DNA of 49,185 nt. Source: an uncultured Gammaproteobacteria bacterium (lineage in GTDB: Bacteria > Patescibacteriota > Patescibacteriia > UBA2591 > UBA6264). Location of the stretch: the NCBI GenBank assembly GCA_964580825.1, contig CAZOLB010000003.1:1-49185 (forward strand), written 5' to 3'. Position numbers and translations under genes: made by a program. This document shows, piece after piece, positions 17,816-26,202 of this stretch (position 1 is its first letter; each line of letters opens with the position of its first letter). Under the pieces are notes generated by a model. The model worked only from the letters and a program-made list of their open reading frames with translations, ran no database searches and was not told the origin of the DNA.

Positions 17816-19345
17816 TTAGTACATTTTAGTCAAATCAATACCGGTATAGTAGTATTTTAGAATCTGTGCGTAGTTGGCACCTTGTTTAGCGGCGGCGATA
17901 CCGCTGATTTGAGGTAGTCCGACGCCATGTCCAAGCAGGGTTTTGCCTTGTCCCGGCGGGTCGATTTTAGCTTGAAGATAATCAACGGGCGCCAGTGTCA
18001 TGCCAGCCTCGTAAGAGGAGCGCGTTTTGCCGTTTGATTGGGCGAAATAATAAGCTAAAATAGGGTCGCCCTGATAAGTAGCGATGACTCCCTTTGTTTG
18101 CTCGGCCGCCGCTAAAGTATTAGGCGCGCGTTGTTCTCTTTGATAACCGCGGTAAACTTGGTCGGCTTGAGTGGCTTGGAGCGTGAAAAATGGCCGATTG
18201 TCAGCCGTATTAGTGTATTTGGGTGTCAAATAACGAAATAAAGCGTAAGTTCGGGCGGCAATCATTTGGGCTTTTAAAAATTCACTGGGCGAAGAATCGC
18301 TGACTTCGGCAACACTTTGGACATATTCTTCCATCGGCAATTGATTAATCAACCAAAGCCGTTCCGTGTTGGCATTATAACGGATTTCTATTTTGCGGCG
18401 GAATTCGTTATCATTTTTGCCTTCGTCCCAGAAAGGGCCGTTTTGCCAGTTATTAATTTTAAAAATAACCGGATTTGTTCCTTGAAAGATAATCGGAGAG
18501 TCGGTCATCAAAATCCTTTGGCCATTGCTATCATTGATAAAATAGCGATTAAGAGAATAATCGTAATCGATTTCCATTAATTCGCCGGCGGTATTGCGGA
18601 TCAGTAAATTGCCGTTTTGATCAAAAATGTCGTAAAGAGCGTTGTTAAGAGCGGATATTCTAAAAGGCAGATAATCTTTTTTTTCTCCTTTTTCAACATA
18701 AAGCAATCCGACTTTGATTTCCGGACCTTGAGATAAATTCGTCCATTGCGGCTGGTTCACAATTTTTATTTCAGTTGGGATATTTTGCCAAAAAATTTGT
18801 TCTTCCGCGACCGGCGGAATTGTTGTTGGCGGCGCTTCGGGAAGCGGCGCGGGAGTCGGAGTTGGCGGTATTTCCGCGCCGGTGGTGGCGACTTTGACCG
18901 CTATCTCGATTTCTCCGCCGAGAATGGGAGCTGAACCGGCAAATAATTGAAACTTTTCCCAATAAAGGCCGGCCTGAGAGGGGGCTAAAAGGGTAAAACG
19001 AAATAAAGCTTCGCTGTCGGGATAAATCGTTGAAACCGGATTGACCGTATTGGGGATATAGTCGCTATACCAACTTGAGTGGGTTAATTTGCTTTTCATG
19101 CCGGAAGTAGTCCTTAAAATAACGGCTTCGCTTCCCATGCCGTTCCAGGGGTTGAATCCGATATTTTTAAATTTAACCCAAAATTCGAAAGTTTGGGTTG
19201 GAGTCAATTCAATAACGCCGGCTTGACTTTGGTCGGTTTTTTGCGCTTGATAGCCGGTGTCGGCCAGAACATCTTGGGAGAAAAAAATAAAAATAAATAT
19301 TGCCGGTAAAAAAATAAAATTGATTTTAATCGATTTTTTTATCAT
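17816..19345 (-). CDS. Secreted SpoIID/LytB-domain protein with an N-terminal Ig-like domain and a Pro-rich linker
   Basis: A signal peptide is present. SpoIID-type motifs AQMIAARTYAL, QVYRGY and AYYFAQSNGKTRS are present. The linker reads PPTPTPAPLPEAPPTTIPP. Confidence 0.8.
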   Translation of the reverse strand: MIKKSIKINFIFLPAIFIFIFFSQDVLADTGYQAQKTDQSQAGVIELTPTQTFEFWVKFKNIGFNPWNGMGSEAVILRTTSGMKSKLTHSSWYSDYIPNTVNPVSTIYPDSEALFRFTLLAPSQAGLYWEKFQLFAGSAPILGGEIEIAVKVATTGAEIPPTPTPAPLPEAPPTTIPPVAEEQIFWQNIPTEIKIVNQPQWTNLSQGPEIKVGLLYVEKGEKKDYLPFRISALNNALYDIFDQNGNLLIRNTAGELMEIDYDYSLNRYFINDSNGQRILMTDSPIIFQGTNPVIFKINNWQNGPFWDEGKNDNEFRRKIEIRYNANTERLWLINQLPMEEYVQSVAEVSDSSPSEFLKAQMIAARTYALFRYLTPKYTNTADNRPFFTLQATQADQVYRGYQREQRAPNTLAAAEQTKGVIATYQGDPILAYYFAQSNGKTRSSYEAGMTLAPVDYLQAKIDPPGQGKTLLGHGVGLPQISGIAAAKQGANYAQILKYYYTGIDLTKMY

Positions 19346-19492
19346 ACCCCTAAAGTTTAAAGAGAAATTAAGAATGAGTCAACCCCGTTGGAAGTTCATT
19401 TTAAAAAAATAGAGATTAAAAATTTTTTATTTCTGATTAATTCAGCCCTTTTGCTGTTGATAAAATATTTTTTTTTGATATGCTTTATCTAT

Positions 19493-20914
19493 ATGACTCT
19501 TACTCGGCAAATTGCGAAAAATACAAGTATTCATTTAGTGGGGAAAATAGCCGGTTTATTTTTGAATTTATTGGCTTTTGCTTTTATTGCCCGTCATTTG
19601 GGACAAGTTGGTTTCGGGCAATTTACGACCGTTATGGCTTTTGTTCAGGCCTTTGCCATTTTCAGCGATTGGGGTTTGTATATGATTTTGATTCAAATGC
19701 TTTCTTTGCCCGGAGCCGATAAAAAATATATTGTCGGCAATTTTTTCACCCTTCGTCTTATTTCCAGTCTTGTCTTTTTAAGTATGGCGCCTTTAGCGGC
19801 TTTATTTATTCCCCAATATTATCATTTAATTAAGGTTGGAATTGCGGTGACCGCTTTTTCTTTTATTTTTAGTTCGTTAATCCAACTTTTAACGGGATTT
19901 TTCCAAAAGGAATTAAAGACAAAACCGGTGATTATCGCCGAAATAATCGGCAGGATTTTTTTAGTTCTTTTGGTGGTTTTGGCAATTAAATTGAAATTAG
20001 GATTAATATCCATTTTGTTGACCGTCGTCGTTTCTGGAGCGATTAATTTTATTTTTCTTTATTTATTTTCTCGGCGGTTTATCAAGATTGGTTTTCTTTT
20101 TAATTTTCCTTTTTGGTTAAGGGTTTTAAAAAAAACTTGGCCGGTTGGCCTCTCGATTATTTTTACCACGATTTATTTTAAAGGAGATACGATTATCCTT
20201 TCCTTATTTAGGTCTCAACAAGAAGTGGGCGTTTACGGCGCGGCTTATCGCGTTTTAGAGGCCTTAATTATGCTGCCGCCGCTTTTTATGGGATTGGTTT
20301 TACCTTACTTGACTCGTTCTTGGTCTGAAGGGGCGGTCAGAGATTTTCGGCGTTTTTTTCAGAGATCGTTTGATTTTATGGCAATTGCCATTTTGCCTTT
20401 AATTGTTGGGCTTTTATTTTTAGCTCGGCCGATAATGGTTTTTATCGCCGGTTATGATTTTGCCGTTGCCGGCGAACCTTTGAAAGTATTGGCTTTCGCC
20501 GCCGGTTTGATTTTTTTGGGCAGTTTGGCGACTCATGTTGTTATCGCTCTGGAAAAACAAAGAGAGATGCTTAAGTTTTATTTTTTTTCGGCTTTGATTG
20601 GCATCGCCGGTTATTGGTTTTTTATCCCCAGATATTCTTATTGGGGCGCCGCGGCAATGACGGTGGCGGTTGAATTTTTAGTCACTTGTTCCGCCTTTTG
20701 GGTTATTTATAGAACGACTAAGTTTTTCCCCAATCTTCGCGTTTTTAATCGGGCTTTTTTATCCAGCTTGGTCATGGCTGTTTGTTTATTCCTTTTTCCC
20801 CGGGCAAATTTATTTTTTTTGATCTTAACCTCGTTGTTTGTTTATTTTGCCGGCCTTTATTTTTTCCAAGCGATTGACAAACGGACAATTAAACAGATTG
20901 TGGGACGCAAATAA
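19493..20914 (+). CDS. Polysaccharide/oligosaccharide flippase (MOP superfamily, Wzx-like)
   Basis: About 14 TM helices with an N-terminus MTLTRQIAKNTSIHLVGKIAG typical of Wzx-type flippases. The ATG at 19493 is preferred to the alternative start at 19388. Confidence 0.7.
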   Translation: MTLTRQIAKNTSIHLVGKIAGLFLNLLAFAFIARHLGQVGFGQFTTVMAFVQAFAIFSDWGLYMILIQMLSLPGADKKYIVGNFFTLRLISSLVFLSMAPLAALFIPQYYHLIKVGIAVTAFSFIFSSLIQLLTGFFQKELKTKPVIIAEIIGRIFLVLLVVLAIKLKLGLISILLTVVVSGAINFIFLYLFSRRFIKIGFLFNFPFWLRVLKKTWPVGLSIIFTTIYFKGDTIILSLFRSQQEVGVYGAAYRVLEALIMLPPLFMGLVLPYLTRSWSEGAVRDFRRFFQRSFDFMAIAILPLIVGLLFLARPIMVFIAGYDFAVAGEPLKVLAFAAGLIFLGSLATHVVIALEKQREMLKFYFFSALIGIAGYWFFIPRYSYWGAAAMTVAVEFLVTCSAFWVIYRTTKFFPNLRVFNRAFLSSLVMAVCLFLFPRANLFFLILTSLFVYFAGLYFFQAIDKRTIKQIVGRK

Positions 20915-20942
20915 TCAATGATTATTGATTATCGATAGTATT

Positions 20943-22268
20943 ATGTTTTATATTTTATTATTTGCGGTTTACGGTTTTTTAATCTATTTTAAGCCGAAAT
21001 ACGGCTTGGCTTTGATTTTGATTTTTTTGCCGACTTATCAGATTAAGTTTCAAATTGCAGAGATTCCTTTTACTTTTTTGGAAATAATGATTTTAATTTC
21101 TTTTTTTTGTTGGGCGATTAAAAAATGGAAAAATCTGGCCGTCGGGCAATTGAGAGATTTATTGGACGATTGGTTTTTGCCAATTTGTCTTTGGTTGCTG
21201 GTATCGACCACGGCGGTATTTATCGCTCCTGACTTGCGGGCGGCCGCCGGCGTGTGGAGGGCGTATTTTGTCGAACCAATTTTATTTTTACTTGTTTTGT
21301 TGGATTTGGCGGAGAATAAAATGAATAAAGAAAGTATTTTGGATATTATTTTCTTTGGTTTAAGCGTTTCGGCGTTTGGCTGTTCAATTTGGGCGGTTTT
21401 GCAAAAATGGTTCGGTGGCGGAGTTTGGAGTATGGAGGTTTGGGGACAGCCCGAGATTTGGCGGGCGACTGGACCCTTTTCTCATCCGAATTTTTTAGGA
21501 TTGTATTTGGCGCCGGCGATTATTTTAGGAATTGGCATTTTGATCGCGAATGCCCGTAAAAATTTCGGACTTGTTATTTATTATTCATTATTTATTATTT
21601 TGACGTTTTGGGCGTTAGTTTTAACCCGTTCGGAGGGCGCGATGGTCGGCATGGTGGCCGGATTGCTGTTTTTGGGAATTATTTTTAAAAAGAGCAGAAA
21701 ATATGTTTTAATCGGACTGGCGGCGGCGATTTTATTAGTGGCGATTTGTCCGGCCTCTCGTTATTATATTTTGGAAAAAGCGTTTTTGCGGGATTTGTCA
21801 GGAGAATTTCGTTTGAACATCTGGTCTGGAGCGGTTTCTTTATTGGAAACTTCGCCTATTTTTGGAGTTGGTCTGGACGGTTATGAAAAATTGATTGTCG
21901 ATTATCAGGCAAATAATTTTGTCGCCGGCGGCGGCCAAACGTTTTTCGCCCCGATCCAGCCGTATCCACATAATTTATTTTTAGCTGTCTGGTTGGAGTT
22001 GGGATTGGCGGGAATGATTATTTTTATCTGGATTTTAATAAAATTTTTCAGACGGGGATTTAAGAATGTTAAAAATAATGCTATAATATCGTCAACGGCA
22101 ATGGGTATGATGGTTTGCGTTTTAGTTCATGGCTTGGTCGATACGCCTTATTTTAAAAACGACTTGGCAATTGTTTTTTGGCTGATTGTCGGATTAGGGA
22201 TAATACTTGGTAATTTAAAAAAGGACGGAATGGTTAAAAAAGAATCATTGGCGCGTAGTAAAATATAA
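20943..22268 (+). CDS. O-antigen ligase / polymerase family (Wzy_C) membrane protein
   Basis: GPFSHPNFLGLYL, LTRSEGAMVG and GVGLDGYE are present in a polytopic protein. The ORF track starts at the TTG at 20925; the first ATG is at 20943. Confidence 0.75.
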   Translation: MFYILLFAVYGFLIYFKPKYGLALILIFLPTYQIKFQIAEIPFTFLEIMILISFFCWAIKKWKNLAVGQLRDLLDDWFLPICLWLLVSTTAVFIAPDLRAAAGVWRAYFVEPILFLLVLLDLAENKMNKESILDIIFFGLSVSAFGCSIWAVLQKWFGGGVWSMEVWGQPEIWRATGPFSHPNFLGLYLAPAIILGIGILIANARKNFGLVIYYSLFIILTFWALVLTRSEGAMVGMVAGLLFLGIIFKKSRKYVLIGLAAAILLVAICPASRYYILEKAFLRDLSGEFRLNIWSGAVSLLETSPIFGVGLDGYEKLIVDYQANNFVAGGGQTFFAPIQPYPHNLFLAVWLELGLAGMIIFIWILIKFFRRGFKNVKNNAIISSTAMGMMVCVLVHGLVDTPYFKNDLAIVFWLIVGLGIILGNLKKDGMVKKESLARSKI

Positions 22269-23883
22269 TATTATAGTGATTTTTTGGAGACGTGGCTGAG
22301 GGGCTGAAAGCGGCAGTTTCGAAAACTGCTATGCCCGCAAGGGCATCGGGGGTTCGAATCCTCCCGTCTCCGCCAGATGTCCTACTTTGAACCTGAGAGA
22401 TTGCAAGGGTTTTCGAGCCTTTTGGAGGTTCTTGCCCAGCATCATTCAGGTCCATTAGAACATCAAAGACTGGCGTCCATATAGGCGTCAGTTTTTGATT
22501 TTTGACGGTAAAACCATCAAAGCAAAGTTTGATCAGCGTCCTCTTTTGGTACGTGCCGCTGGCCTTAAATACCCGATCCGCGTGATCGGTAAAATCCAAA
22601 AGCTCATTAAACTTTTGCACGAATTTGTCCGATTTACCCTCGAGCTCTGCCAAACGACCCTGATACATTTCCTTCTCTTTTAAAAGCTCGTCCTGAATCT
22701 TTATAAAGACCTCGGCATCAATGATGCGTTTCGAGCGATCCATGACGATGTTCCGGATCTGCTGTTGAACCCGAACCAGCTCATGCTTGAGACTACTGCG
22801 TTCTTTTTCTTCATTGGAAAGACGCTCTTGCGCGAAATGCTGGAAATACGCATCCAACACCTTCTTAAACTTTAATGGCATGTGAACGCGAGAAAGGTGG
22901 GTAGCCACCTGATCCTCAACGGTTTCCCAACGGATATATTTGCGTTCGGTGCAATTTTTTTCGAGCCAGTGAGTACATCCATAGTAAAGATGGCCTTTTT
23001 GAGTTTGGCCGCATAACATCGAGCCACACACCGCGCACCTCATGAATCCCGAAATCGGATAGACATGTTTCCTTGTGCGATCGGCATAGTGATTGTGCTG
23101 TTCGATTATCTCCTGTACATCATCGAACGCTTTCTTGGTGACGATCGAGGGAAAGTTTGCCTGACAGGTAGCCGATCTGGTTTTTACCAAACCGTAGTAG
23201 ATCGTGTTCTGAAGCATCCTCTCGATATTTTTCTTGGTCACCCGTTTGGCGTTTTTTGTTTTCAAACCTCGTTTAGCCAGTTCATCCGCAAGCGTGTAAT
23301 AAGAATATTTGCCGGTGGCATACAAATTAAAAGCCATTTTGACGTAGGGTGCCCGGATGGTATCAACGATCAGCGATTTTGTTTTCTTATCATTTAAATA
23401 CCCGATAGGCGCCACGCCAGGGAACCGACCTCGCTCCACGGCCTCTTTAAGGCCTTTCCTGACCTCCCAGCTGATATTCTGGGATGTCCATTGAGCGATT
23501 GAGGACATGATGTTCTCGACGAGCTCTCCGGAAAAAGATTCGTCAAATTGCTCGACCACCGAGATCAACCGAACATCGTGCTTTTTGAGCATCATTTTGA
23601 TGGCCGCATAGTCGGCGACGTTGCGACACATACGATCAAGTTTGTGCATTAAAATAACGTCAACCTTAGAATCAGTCTTTGCCCGGTGAAGCATTTTTTG
23701 AAGCTGAGGACGTTCGACCGTCCGGGCCGATTCACCCTTCTCCTCGTAGACACCGTCCGGCAGAAGATTCCAATGATGATCCATGCCGTATTTTTGGCAC
23801 GCCTTGACCTGCACCGGAATACTCAATTCTCGCTCAGCCTGGCGAGTGGTAGAGACGCGGCCGTAGATTAAATAGTTAGTCAT
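22234..23883 (-). CDS. Large serine recombinase (integrase); the 3' end reads antisense through tRNA-Ser
   Basis: The N-terminal resolvase motif is YGRVSTTRQ. A recombinase domain, the zinc ribbon CAVCGSMLCGQ...YYGCTHW and a coiled-coil are present. Residues after about 502 (SGGDGRIRTPDALAG...) are the antisense translation of the tRNA. Confidence 0.85.
   Translation of the reverse strand: MTNYLIYGRVSTTRQAERELSIPVQVKACQKYGMDHHWNLLPDGVYEEKGESARTVERPQLQKMLHRAKTDSKVDVILMHKLDRMCRNVADYAAIKMMLKKHDVRLISVVEQFDESFSGELVENIMSSIAQWTSQNISWEVRKGLKEAVERGRFPGVAPIGYLNDKKTKSLIVDTIRAPYVKMAFNLYATGKYSYYTLADELAKRGLKTKNAKRVTKKNIERMLQNTIYYGLVKTRSATCQANFPSIVTKKAFDDVQEIIEQHNHYADRTRKHVYPISGFMRCAVCGSMLCGQTQKGHLYYGCTHWLEKNCTERKYIRWETVEDQVATHLSRVHMPLKFKKVLDAYFQHFAQERLSNEEKERSSLKHELVRVQQQIRNIVMDRSKRIIDAEVFIKIQDELLKEKEMYQGRLAELEGKSDKFVQKFNELLDFTDHADRVFKASGTYQKRTLIKLCFDGFTVKNQKLTPIWTPVFDVLMDLNDAGQEPPKGSKTLAISQVQSRTSGGDGRIRTPDALAGIAVFETAAFSPSATSPKNHYNIIFYYAPMILF
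22286..22375 (+). tRNA. tRNA-Ser (anticodon CGA), long variable arm, CCA encoded
   Basis: Acceptor GGAGACG/CGTCTCC-G-CCA, anticodon arm GCAGT-TTCGAAA-ACTGC, variable arm TATGCCCGCAAGGGCAT, T-loop TTCGAAT. Confidence 0.9.
22381..22393. repeat. Left terminal inverted repeat (candidate P' arm of attL)
   Basis: CCAGAT-GTC-CTACTTTGAACC; the reverse complement pairs with 26188-26202. Confidence 0.55.
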
Positions 23884-23974
23884 AGTTTTATAAAATGTTT
23901 ATTATTTTTTGACCTTTATTTAATAAATACTTCTTTAAAATAGCGGCAGGGCTCTTTGGGAGCCCTGTTGTTCG

Positions 23975-24700
23975 CTAATATTTTTTTATGTGGTATACCA
24001 GCCGGCCTAGCATCTTCGACTCCTTGAGATGGTAGGTTTTTTTGAATCCTTCCGTCTCCGGCCGAAGTTCTAAGTGGTCGCCTCGTTCATGATAGTAAGT
24101 CATGACCGGTCCGTCTGGTGTTTCCATGATCACGATGTCACCATTTTTCGGCTTGGCGTCCGCGTCGAGGATGACGAAGTCGCCGGCAAGTATCCCGGCA
24201 TCCGGTAAAAGCAAATCGGATACCCGGAGTCCGAATGGCCGATGACCGCTGGGAATTCCATCCTGTGGCATAAAAACGAATTCATTTGCTTCTTTCAAAC
24301 GAGCGTCGAGATTATCCGAGGGGATCGCCTTCAACACCGGAACCTTGTAGTGGTCGTCGACAGAAAATGTTTTTTTCAATTCCTCCAATCCTTGTTCCAT
24401 CCTGCTGGCCGCTTCGTGCACACGTTTCTCACCAACCTCTTTGATGTTGAATTTATAATTCGTCGATATGCTGACCTTTTGAATTTTTGTTTCAGCCCAT
24501 CGCTTGTTCAACTCCTCATCCGAAACACGATAGGCCTTGGCCAAAATGGCCAGCTGTTTTTGAGATGGCATCCGGGTCCCGTTCTCCAGCTGGCTGATAT
24601 AGCTCGACGAAAAACCGAGACGATCCGCGAGCTCTTTGATCGTCCATCCGTTCGTTTCTCTTTGCTGTTTTAGAAACAGCCCAAATGACATAAATGGCAT
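23975..24700 (-). CDS. CI/LexA-like repressor (XRE HTH + S24 peptidase-like C-terminal domain)
   Basis: The HTH reads WTIKELADRLGFSSSYISQLENGTRMPS. The C-terminal beta-domain reads AGILAGDFVILDADAKPKNGDIVIM and resembles S24 autopeptidases. Confidence 0.75.
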   Translation of the reverse strand: MPFMSFGLFLKQQRETNGWTIKELADRLGFSSSYISQLENGTRMPSQKQLAILAKAYRVSDEELNKRWAETKIQKVSISTNYKFNIKEVGEKRVHEAASRMEQGLEELKKTFSVDDHYKVPVLKAIPSDNLDARLKEANEFVFMPQDGIPSGHRPFGLRVSDLLLPDAGILAGDFVILDADAKPKNGDIVIMETPDGPVMTYYHERGDHLELRPETEGFKKTYHLKESKMLGRLVYHIKKY

Positions 24701-24769
24701 ATTTTTGTGTGTTTAAGCTTATCCACTCCTTACGACCATCTTAATATACAATAGCAAAATTGTAAAGAA

Positions 24770-24827
24770 TAAGCAATTATGCTTATCCACACCCTCTATG
24801 TTTGACGAATTAAGCAAAAATGCTTAA
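24770..24827. promoter_or_regulatory. Divergent switch region: two 16-bp palindromic operators plus a sigma70-like promoter for the Cro-like gene
   Basis: TAAGCA-ATTA-TGCTTA at 24770-24785 and TAAGCA-AAAA-TGCTTA at 24811-26 within TTAAGCAAAAATGCTTAA (24810-24827). TTGACG (24802-07), N17, TAATAT (24825-30) overlaps the second operator. GCTTATCCAC is repeated at 24717-26 and 24781-90. Confidence 0.65.
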
Positions 24828-24859
24828 TATGATTATAGAGGTCTATTAGCGAATCAACT

Positions 24860-25066
24860 ATGAAAAAAACACCGACCAACGTACGCCTAAGAGATCTTCG
24901 GATCAAGAAGGGGCTGACGCAATACCAGCTCGCCCGGATTCTCGGCTTCCGGCACAACACCGCAATCAGCCGATATGAGACCGGCCGGAAGCGGCCAAAT
25001 TTGGAAACCGCCCAAAGGATTGCCCTCGCGCTTGGATCAAAAGTCGAGGAAGTCTTTTTGCCGTGA
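24860..25066 (+). CDS. Cro/XRE-family HTH protein
   Basis: 68 aa with the HTH KGLTQYQLARILGFRHNTAISRYETGRKRP. It is divergent from the CI-like gene. Confidence 0.8.
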   Translation: MKKTPTNVRLRDLRIKKGLTQYQLARILGFRHNTAISRYETGRKRPNLETAQRIALALGSKVEEVFLP

Positions 25067-25116
25067 GTGTGAGGTCAATAAAAGTGTGAGGTCACTCTTA
25101 TGAACTACCGCACCAC

Positions 25117-25395
25117 ATGTCGAAGCCAACAAAGGACGAGGAAGCTCTCATTGAGCTTACCAAGGGCGCTCTCGCCGACGTTCTCGGTCGTGAGCCGACC
25201 AAGCAAGAAGTTTGGAAAGTCCACGCCGGCTTCAAGCGCATGGCATTCATGCTGTTGGAGCACTTAGATCACATCAAAAAGTATGAAAACCAAAATCCTG
25301 ATCAAGAGACTCACCCGGACGATTTGGAAACGGATGACCAAAAAACCGCTCACCCGGAGGGAACTCTTGGCGAGGAGGGAGAACCTCTTGAGTAA
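25117..25395 (+). CDS. Hypothetical protein (acidic C-terminal tail)
   Basis: 92-aa ORF inside the element with no recognisable motif. Its last third overlaps a second ORF in another frame. Confidence 0.4.
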   Translation: MSKPTKDEEALIELTKGALADVLGREPTKQEVWKVHAGFKRMAFMLLEHLDHIKKYENQNPDQETHPDDLETDDQKTAHPEGTLGEEGEPLE

Positions 25396-25495
25396 TTTCA
25401 CCATTCGAGAACTTGAAAATCCGACTATCCGAAGGGACTTCTGCCGAGCGATGGACAACATCGACCGGGCACTGCCCAAAGCCCGGGAATGGTAG
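25283..25495 (+). CDS. Hypothetical small basic protein (alternative or overlapping frame)
   Basis: 70-aa Arg/Lys-rich ORF overlapping 25117..25395. I cannot tell which frame is expressed in the overlap. Confidence 0.3.
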   Translation: MKTKILIKRLTRTIWKRMTKKPLTRRELLARRENLLSNFTIRELENPTIRRDFCRAMDNIDRALPKAREW

Positions 25496-25595
25496 ATAGC
25501 CCCTTACTCTCCCCTCAATGGCGCCAGACGTGAAGGGAGGAATAAGGCGCGATCTCGGCCGAGGTCGACGGGGCACGCCTTTATTTTTCGTGGCC

Positions 25596-26051
25596 ATGTC
25601 GGATGAAAAAATAAAAGTTAGGGATCTGCGGAATGGCGATTGGTATTGGATCAGTAAAGTCTTGCTCGATGAGTACGGCGGCAAGATCAAACCGATCGGC
25701 ATTGCCGTTTACAACTGCCTGGCTGAACACGCTAACCAGGAGGGTTTTTGTTTTCCGTCCCACAAACATATCGCCGATAGGATCGGCGCGAGCATCTCAA
25801 GCGTGCAACGAGGCATCCGACAAATGATAAAGCTTGGAATAATCCGCAAAGGCCGCCGCCGATATTCCAATGTGTATTACCTGTTGAAATTAGACCGGTC
25901 AGATAGACCGAACTCGAACAAGACCAGTCAGTCAGACCGGCACATCGGTCATACAGACCGGTCAGATCGGTCTGTGGGAACTACTAACAAGAATAAAGAA
26001 AAAGAATTTATTAAAAAGAATTACGGATCGAATAAAAAAAACTGTGGATAA
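25596..26051 (+). CDS. HTH-domain replication-initiator-like protein
   Basis: CFPSHKHIADRIGASISSVQRGIRQMIKLGIIRK matches the 'FPS...LA...G.S..TV.R.I..L...G.I' winged-HTH signature common in plasmid/phage replication proteins. The start is set at MSDEKIK; the ORF track starts at 25518. Confidence 0.6.
   Translation: MSDEKIKVRDLRNGDWYWISKVLLDEYGGKIKPIGIAVYNCLAEHANQEGFCFPSHKHIADRIGASISSVQRGIRQMIKLGIIRKGRRRYSNVYYLLKLDRSDRPNSNKTSQSDRHIGHTDRSDRSVGTTNKNKEKEFIKKNYGSNKKNCG
25892..25974. repeat. Iteron-like AGACCG(GTCAGAT) repeats inside the 3' end of the replication-type gene
   Basis: AGACCGGTCAGAT at 25892-25904, AGACCG at 25905-10, AGACCAGTCAGTCAGACCGG at 25921-40, and the inverted pair CAGACCG-GTCAGAT-CGGTCTG at 25954-74. 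Confidence 0.7.
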
Positions 26052-26070
26052 CTTTAAAGAACTAAAGTCG

Positions 26071-26175
26071 ATGCTCGCAGAGAAAATGTCTATTGAAGGG
26101 ATAAAGATTAAAATTATAGATGGCAAGAAGCATATGTGGTCTGGAAAACAGTGGGTAGCAGTCGATGACGCTTAG
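26071..26175 (+). CDS. Possible small ORF (34 aa; 43 aa if it starts at the GTG at 26044)
   Basis: MLAEKMSIEGIKIKIIDGKKHMWSGKQWVAVDDA. It is below the ORF-track cutoff, and the GTG overlaps the preceding stop. It would be the last gene before the right end of the element. Confidence 0.3.
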   Translation: MLAEKMSIEGIKIKIIDGKKHMWSGKQWVAVDDA

Positions 26176-26187
26176 ACTATTTTTAAT

Positions 26188-26202
26188 GGTTCGGGAAGTA
26201 GG
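26188..26202. repeat. Right terminal inverted repeat (candidate P arm of attR)
   Basis: GGTTCGGGAAGTAG-GTC-GAACCCGAGCG; the inverted partner is 22381-22393. GC falls back to host level to the right. Confidence 0.55.

Noticed and set aside
18746-18962. Two about 60-aa ORFs (both strands) inside the SpoIID-like gene
   Set aside because: They coincide with the GC-rich Pro-linker coding segment of the 509-aa gene and are artefacts of local composition.
24242-24673. 143-aa plus-strand ORF within the integrative element
   Set aside because: It is antisense to the CI-like repressor gene, which has clear HTH and S24-like motifs.
25274-25702. 142-aa minus-strand ORF in the element
   Set aside because: It is Pro/Arg/Ser-rich low-complexity sequence, antisense to two or three plus-strand ORFs that fit the Cro-side operon layout. 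I cannot exclude it completely.
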